Of a stretch of 64,000 bases of DNA, positions 60,169 through 64,000 are shown piece after piece. Origin of the DNA: an uncultured Actinomycetes bacterium (GTDB lineage Bacteria > Actinomycetota > Thermoleophilia > UBA2241); NCBI GenBank assembly GCA_963767005.1, contig CAVYCN010000002.1, positions 160,001 to 224,000 of the forward strand, read 5' to 3'. A program made the position numbers and the translations under genes. The notes beneath the pieces are model-generated. The model made no database searches. It saw only the letters and a program-made list of their open reading frames with translations, and was not told the DNA's origin. Each line of letters opens with the position of its first letter. The stretch's first letter is position 1.

Positions 60169-61284
60169 GTGCGCGCCACACTGACGATCGACCTCGACAA
60201 GGTGACCGGGAACGCCCGGCGGGTGGTCGACGCGCTCGGTGGCCTGCACGTCGTCGGGGTGACCAAGGTGACCTGCGGCAGCCCCGAGGTGGGGCGTGCC
60301 CTGCTCGCCGGCGGCGCGCAGGCGCTCGGCGAATCGCGGCTCGAGAACGCCGCGCGCCTGCGCGCCGCCGGCATCGACGCGCCCATCTGGCTTCTGCGCG
60401 CCCCCGCCCCCGGTCTGGCCGCCGACGCCGTGCGCCTGACCGACGTCTCGCTCGAAAGCGAGCTCGAGACGGTCCTCGCCCTCGACCGCGCCGCCGGAGC
60501 CCAGGGGCGCCGGCACGGCGTGATCGCCATGGTCGACCTCGGTGACCTGCGCGAGGGCATGCTGCCGGCCGACCTGCCGGCCTTCGCTGACGCCGTCGAG
60601 CGGCTCGACCACGTCGAGCTCGCCGGCGTCGGCGTCAACCTCACCTGCTACGGCGCGATCTGTCCGACGCCGCAGAACCTCGGCGAGCTCGCCGACCTCG
60701 CCGCCGCGACCGAGCGCCGTCTCGGCCGCCGCCTGTCGTTCGTGTCGGGCGGCAACTCAGGCAGCATCGGCCTCGTGACCGCCGGCGGCATGCCGGCCGC
60801 GATCACCAGCCTGCGCGTCGGCGAGACGATCCTGCTCGGGGTCGACACGCTCACGCGGGAGCCCACCCTGGGGCTGCAGCTCGACGCCTTCGTCGTGCGG
60901 GCGCCGGTGATCGAGTGCAAGGTCAAACCCAGCATGCCGGTCGGCGACATCGCCCAGGACGCCTTCGGCAACCGTCCCACGTTCGTCGACCGCGGGGACC
61001 GGCGGCGCGCCATCTGCGCGCTCGGCCGCCAGGACGTCGTGCCCGACGGCCTCGTGCCGCTCGACCCCCGCGTCGAGGTGCTGGGCGCCTCGAGCGACCA
61101 CCTCATCCTCGACGTCGACGCGCTCGAGCCGGCGCCGCGCCTGGGCGACACGCTCGCCTTCGTGCCGGGCTACGGGGCCACACTGGCTCTCTGCACATCG
61201 CCGTACGTCGACCTCGCCTTCACCACCTCCGCCGGCCTGACACCCAAGATCGTGGCGCGGAGCACCCCGACCAGCAAGGAGTGA
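60169..61284 (+). CDS. orr: Alanine/ornithine racemase-family PLP enzyme, probably ornithine racemase
   Basis: GVTKV, GESR, DLGDLREG, NLTCYG, SGGNS, LRVGE and LGASSDH motifs. Ornithine genes nearby. Confidence 0.78.
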   Translation: MRATLTIDLDKVTGNARRVVDALGGLHVVGVTKVTCGSPEVGRALLAGGAQALGESRLENAARLRAAGIDAPIWLLRAPAPGLAADAVRLTDVSLESELETVLALDRAAGAQGRRHGVIAMVDLGDLREGMLPADLPAFADAVERLDHVELAGVGVNLTCYGAICPTPQNLGELADLAAATERRLGRRLSFVSGGNSGSIGLVTAGGMPAAITSLRVGETILLGVDTLTREPTLGLQLDAFVVRAPVIECKVKPSMPVGDIAQDAFGNRPTFVDRGDRRRAICALGRQDVVPDGLVPLDPRVEVLGASSDHLILDVDALEPAPRLGDTLAFVPGYGATLALCTSPYVDLAFTTSAGLTPKIVARSTPTSKE

Positions 61285-61286
61285 GC

Positions 61287-62648
61287 ATGGCCGAACCGAC
61301 CAAGGTCCTCATCATGGGAGCCGCGGGCCGCGACTTCCACAACTTCAACTGCTACTTTCGCGACAACGAGCGCTACCGCGTCGTGGCCTTCACCGCCACC
61401 CAGATCCCCTACATCAACGACCGCAAGTACCCGGCCGAGCTCGCCGGAAAGCTCTATCCGGACGGCATCCCGATCCACGACGAGTCCGAGATGCCCGCGC
61501 TCGTCAAGCGCCACGGCGTCGAGCAGGTCGTCTTTGCCTACTCCGACGTGCGCTACGAGTACCTCATGCACCGCTCGGCCCTGGTCAACGCCCTGGGCTG
61601 CGACTTTCGCCTCATGGGCCCCGACCACACCATGGTCAAGTCGACCAAGCCGGTGATCGCCGTCTGCGCCGTGCGTACCGGCGCCGGCAAGAGCCAGACC
61701 ACCCGCAAGATCCAGACCATGCTGCGCGAGGCCGGCAAGAAGGTCGTGTCGATCCGTCACCCCATGCCCTACGGCGACCTCGTCAAGCAGCGCGTGCAGC
61801 GCTACGCCACGGTCGAGGACCTGGCGAAGTACGAGTGCACGATCGAGGAGATGGAAGAGTACGAGCCGCACGTCGTGGCCGGCAATGTGATCTACGCCGG
61901 CGTCGACTACGAGGCGATCGTGCGCGAGGCCGAAAAAGAGGCCGACGTCATTCTCTGGGACGGCGGCAACAACGACTACAGCTTCTACAAGGCCGACCTC
62001 TACATCACTATCGCCGACCCGCATCGCCCCGGCAACGGCCTCGTCTACTACCCCGGCGAGGTCAACCTGCGCCTGGCCGACGTCGTCGTGATGAACAAGA
62101 TCGACACCGCCGACAGGGCCGGCATCGCCGCCGAGCTCGACGCCGTGCGCTCGGTGAACCCGACCGCGCAGATCGTCATGGCCGCCTCGCCCGTCACGGT
62201 CGACAAGCCCGAGCTCGTCAGGGGCAAGCGCGTGCTCGTGGTCGAGGACGGCCCCACGCTCACCCACGGCGAGATGAAGTACGGCGCCGGCATGGTGGCC
62301 GCCCAGCAGCTCGGCGCCGCCGAGTACATCGACCCGCGGCCCTTCGCCACCGGCGAAATCAAGGCGACCTTCGAGAAGTACCCCGGGATCGGCACGCTGC
62401 TGCCGGCCATGGGCTACTCCGAGCAGCAGTTGAAGGACTTAGAGACGACGATCAACGCCTCGGGCGCCGACCTCGTCGTGATCGGCACGCCGATGGACCT
62501 GCGCCGCATCGTGAACATCAAGCTGCCGGCCGTGCAGGTGGGCTACGACCTGCAGGAGATCGGCAGTCCCACGCTCGCCGACGTGCTGCGCGAGCACGGT
62601 TTCCTTGGGGCCGAGCAGCCGCTGGCCGCCGCGCATCACGGCATCTGA
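61287..62648 (+). CDS. arcE: Arginine synthetase-like P-loop protein (COG2403, often annotated as cDPG synthetase or GTPase)
   Basis: MGAAGRDFHNFN, AFTATQIP, AVRTGAGKSQT, RHPMPYGDL, WDGGNND and VEDGPTLTHG motifs. Adjacent to OTC. Confidence 0.8.
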   Translation: MAEPTKVLIMGAAGRDFHNFNCYFRDNERYRVVAFTATQIPYINDRKYPAELAGKLYPDGIPIHDESEMPALVKRHGVEQVVFAYSDVRYEYLMHRSALVNALGCDFRLMGPDHTMVKSTKPVIAVCAVRTGAGKSQTTRKIQTMLREAGKKVVSIRHPMPYGDLVKQRVQRYATVEDLAKYECTIEEMEEYEPHVVAGNVIYAGVDYEAIVREAEKEADVILWDGGNNDYSFYKADLYITIADPHRPGNGLVYYPGEVNLRLADVVVMNKIDTADRAGIAAELDAVRSVNPTAQIVMAASPVTVDKPELVRGKRVLVVEDGPTLTHGEMKYGAGMVAAQQLGAAEYIDPRPFATGEIKATFEKYPGIGTLLPAMGYSEQQLKDLETTINASGADLVVIGTPMDLRRIVNIKLPAVQVGYDLQEIGSPTLADVLREHGFLGAEQPLAAAHHGI

Positions 62649-62673
62649 TAGCATCGCCCGCACGCCGTTTCGT

Positions 62674-62706
62674 CGGGGGCGGGCCGCCGCAGGCGGCCCG
62701 CCCCCG
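62674..62706 (+). other. Intergenic GC hairpin
   Basis: CGGGGGCGGGCCGCC-GCA-GGCGGCCCGCCCCCG. Confidence 0.55.
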
Positions 62707-62742
62707 CGGCGACCAGACCAAAAACGAGCCCAAGGAGGCCTC

Positions 62743-63702
62743 ATGAGCGCGTTGCAGGACCGCGTCACCGACCTGGGCCTCGCCGGCCGCGACTTCCTCA
62801 CGATCCACGAGTACAGCCCGGTCGAGATCGGCGCCCTGCTCGACCTGGCCGTCGAGCTCAAGGCGAGCAACAAGGCCGGGCGCGACGAGCCGCTGCTGGC
62901 CGGCAAGGCCGTCGGCATGATCTTCACCAAGACCTCGACCCGCACGCGCATCTCGTTCGAGGTCGGCATCCACCAGCTCGGCGGCCAGCCGCTGTTCCTG
63001 AACGCCGGCGACATCCAGCTTCGCGTCGGCGAGACCATAAAGGACACCGGCCACGTGCTGTCGCGCTACCTCGGCGGCATCATGATCCGCACGTTCGCTC
63101 ATGCCGACGTGGTCGACCTCGCGGCGAGCGCGGAGGTGCCGGTGATCAACGGCCTGACCGATGCGCACCATCCCTGCCAGGCGATGGCCGACGCGCTGAC
63201 GGTGAGGGAGCACTGCGGCGGCCTCGCGGGGCGCACCATCGTGTACTCGGGCGACGGCAACAACGTGGCGCACTCGCTGATCGAGGTGGGCGCCAAGACC
63301 GGCATGCGTGTCGTGGTCTGCACGCCCGACGATTACCGTCCCGACCCCACGATCGTCGCCCGGGCGCGCGCCGACGCCGCCGAGACGGGCGCCACGATCG
63401 AGCTCACGAGCGACCTGCGCGCGGCCGTGCGCGGCGCCGATGTGATCTACACCGACACCTTCACGAGCATGGGCCAGGAGGCCGAGCACGACGTGCGGCT
63501 GGCCGCCCTGTCGTCGTACCAGGTCAACGACGAGCTGCTCGCGCTGGCCGGGCCGCAGTGCCACGTCATGCACTGCCTGCCGGCCCACTGGGGCGAGGAG
63601 ATCACCGAGGCCGCGCTCTACAGCTCGCAGTCGGTGGTCTTCGACCAGGCCGAGAACCGCCTGCACGCCCAGAAGGCGATCATGGCGGCGCTGATGGTCT
63701 GA
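62743..63702 (+). CDS. argF: Ornithine carbamoyltransferase
   Basis: STRTR, HPCQ, SMG, HCLP and QAENR motifs. AAGGAGG RBS. Confidence 0.95.
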   Translation: MSALQDRVTDLGLAGRDFLTIHEYSPVEIGALLDLAVELKASNKAGRDEPLLAGKAVGMIFTKTSTRTRISFEVGIHQLGGQPLFLNAGDIQLRVGETIKDTGHVLSRYLGGIMIRTFAHADVVDLAASAEVPVINGLTDAHHPCQAMADALTVREHCGGLAGRTIVYSGDGNNVAHSLIEVGAKTGMRVVVCTPDDYRPDPTIVARARADAAETGATIELTSDLRAAVRGADVIYTDTFTSMGQEAEHDVRLAALSSYQVNDELLALAGPQCHVMHCLPAHWGEEITEAALYSSQSVVFDQAENRLHAQKAIMAALMV

Positions 63703-63726
63703 CCCGGCCGGGGTCTTTGGGGGGAC

Positions 63727-63773
63727 ACGGCGGGGGCGGCCGGCGGCGTACGTCCGCCGGCCGCCCCCGCCGT
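63727..63773. terminator. 20-bp stem between convergent genes
   Basis: ACGGCGGGGGCGGCCGGCGG-CGTACGT-CCGCCGGCCGCCCCCGCCGT. Confidence 0.7.
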
Positions 63774-63789
63774 CGTGTCAGACGAGGTC

Positions 63790-64000
63790 TCAGCGCCAGC
63801 TCGTGAACCAGGCGAGGTGCGCGTAGTAGGCGTAGGGGGCCGCCTGCGAGACGATGAACGGCAGCCAGGCCACGGCCAGGCCGACCACCGCGCCCACGTA
63901 GACCCAGGCGGCGAGGGCCGGCAGGCGCATGCCGGCGGCGGCACGATTGCGGCCGGCGAGGGTGGCCGCCGCGACGACGGCGACAAGGACGGCGAGCGCC
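63790..64000 (-). CDS. C-terminus of a membrane protein, possibly PMT-like glycosyltransferase (partial)
   Basis: Ends ...VGLAVAWLPFIVSQAAPYAYYAHLAWFTSWR*. The terminal W..SW is reminiscent of protein O-mannosyltransferases. Confidence 0.45.
   Translation of the reverse strand, partial: ALAVLVAVVAAATLAGRNRAAAGMRLPALAAWVYVGAVVGLAVAWLPFIVSQAAPYAYYAHLAWFTSWR

Noticed and set aside
61287-62648. Cyclic 2,3-diphosphoglycerate synthetase
   Set aside because: No 2-phosphoglycerate kinase is nearby. The GAAGRDFHNFN N-terminus and the adjacent OTC fit ArcE better.
1062-63666. Many long antisense and alternate-frame ORFs (e.g. 1062-3695, 5167-7968, 30237-33479, 49707-52634)
   Set aside because: These are shadow ORFs typical of high-GC DNA. 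They overlap well-supported genes, are Arg/Ala/Pro-rich and have no recognisable motifs.

Overview
Very high-GC bacterial chromosomal window. Gene content suggests an anaerobic or facultative actinobacterium, possibly Thermoleophilia-like (inference only). It is mostly metabolic housekeeping. In order: a partial ABC exporter, an APC permease with an amidase, an atypical transaldolase / HisC-like aminotransferase / transketolase trio, cobinamide salvage (cbiZ, cbiB), a glycosyltransferase, a FAD oxidase and fused NfnAB. Next come a dlt-like acyl-transfer cassette (carrier protein, DltX-like peptide, adenylation enzyme, MBOAT), a cell-wall hydrolase, the tal-pgi-gnd-zwf-pgl operon, RNase P RNA, AddAB-like helicase-nuclease genes and an S53 protease. 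A disturbed accessory patch at about 39-46.4 kb holds a STAND-like ATPase with 44-aa repeats, a double zinc-ribbon protein, a truncated PP2C phosphatase, a frameshifted IS3 element and a structured repeat element. The last third carries a clostridial-type oxidative ornithine pathway (ord-ortAB-oraSE-reactivase), lhr-nei, and an orr-arcE-argF operon. The most notable candidates are (1) an ATP-conserving arginine-to-ornithine-to-acetyl-CoA route joining arginine synthetase to B12-dependent ornithine oxidation, and (2) the Dlt-like envelope acylation system, which probably does not transfer D-Ala. All calls come from reading motifs by eye; no searches or folding were run.
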